NCBI GenBank assembly: GCA_029858245.1
Contig: JAOUFL010000001.1
Location: 1-34,357, forward strand
DNA: 34,357 nt
Origin: Candidatus Zixiibacteriota bacterium
GTDB lineage: Bacteria; Zixibacteria; MSB-5A5; RBG-16-43-9
Reading direction: 5' to 3'
Shown here: in pieces, positions 34,052-34,357 of the stretch
Numbering within the stretch: position 1 is the stretch's first letter
How the letters are laid out: each line of letters begins with the position of its first letter
The notes under the pieces: model-generated
Seen by the model: the letters and a program-made list of their open reading frames with translations, nothing else
Told to the model about the DNA's origin: nothing
Database searches by the model: none
Made by a program: the position numbers and the translations under genes

Positions 34052-34357
34052 ATGCTAATTGAAATTTTAGATTTTATTATCAAACTGGACAGAGAGTTTT
34101 TCATCTTTATCAATCTCAAAATGCAGAATGGAATTTTAGACATTCTGATGCCTATCATAACTGAATTCAAATACTGGAGAATTCCTTTTTTCCTCTGTTC
34201 GCTGGGTATGCTTATATTTGGAAGAAAAAAATTGAGGATATGTGCGATTTTGCTTTTGATTGTCTTAGGAGTAACTGACGCTAGCGTGAATATGCTGCTT
34301 AAACCCTGGATAGGAAGAGTCAGGCCCTGCAATGTCCTTACACAAGTTCATCTCTTA
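34052..34357 (+). CDS. PAP2-family phosphatase (undecaprenyl-diphosphatase/phosphatidic acid phosphatase type), 3'-truncated by the window end
   Basis: I translated this myself: MLIEILDFIIKLDREFF...VTDASVNMLLKPWIGRVRPCN... It contains the PAP2 motif 1, K-x6-RP (KPWIGRVRP), and TM helices. It has no stop codon before the window end, which is probably why it is absent from the ORF track. Confidence 0.65.
   Translation, partial: MLIEILDFIIKLDREFFIFINLKMQNGILDILMPIITEFKYWRIPFFLCSLGMLIFGRKKLRICAILLLIVLGVTDASVNMLLKPWIGRVRPCNVLTQVHLL

Noticed and set aside
34015-34332. 105-aa minus-strand ORF
   Set aside because: It is antisense to a plus-strand frame that carries a PAP2 K-x6-RP motif and TM helices, and its end lies in a palindromic repeat.
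1-34357. Mobile genetic element, prophage or genomic island boundaries
   Set aside because: No integrase, transposase, tRNA attachment site, terminal inverted repeats around a gene cargo, or abrupt compositional shift was recognisable by eye. The only rearrangement signals are the local repeats described above.

Overview
This is a 34.4-kb, low-GC bacterial chromosomal window. I recognised no rRNA, tRNA, CRISPR array, transposase, integrase or phage genes. The envelope gene set (PorV/PorQ-like barrel, Bacteroidota-style LptE-like lipoprotein, GldA/GldF/GldG-like ABC set, Skp/OmpH) suggests an uncultivated diderm from or near the FCB group; this is inference only.

Gene order:
- (+) P5C dehydrogenase, a secreted lectin/beta-propeller protein with a coupled SAM methyltransferase, and a flavin reductase.
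- (-) An AAC(6')-like GNAT, a DUF4340/GldG/GldF/GldA-like operon, and a serine hydrolase.
- (+) An ABC-2 exporter (ATPase plus two different permeases) interrupted by a second methyltransferase and followed by a YdjM-like hydrolase.
- (-) Skp, then a tightly coupled operon of two tandem APC (KimA-like) permease paralogs, a 73-aa membrane protein, a membrane-anchored Usp and two RCK/TrkA proteins.
- (+) hutU-hutI coupled to an LptE-like gene, a PorV-like barrel, two small proteins, CapA, DprA, YigZ, a PfkB kinase and a truncated PAP2 phosphatase that is missing from the ORF track.

Most notable observations:
1. An intact ydaO/kimA-type c-di-AMP riboswitch (promoter, aptamer, terminator) lies in front of the upstream APC paralog.
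2. A duplicated promoter with an internally deleted riboswitch remnant lies in front of the second paralog.
3. The operon combines APC permeases with Usp and RCK subunits but has no KtrB/TrkH pore. This may be a non-canonical c-di-AMP-controlled K+ system.
4. A leader-peptide/terminator attenuator candidate precedes the ABC-2 exporter.
5. A permease 3' remnant and 2300-bp-spaced composite direct repeats indicate rearrangement of that locus.
6. A dispersed family of GC-rich hairpin and three-way-junction-like intergenic repeats generates spurious ORFs.

All homology statements come from reading motifs by eye; no searches were run.
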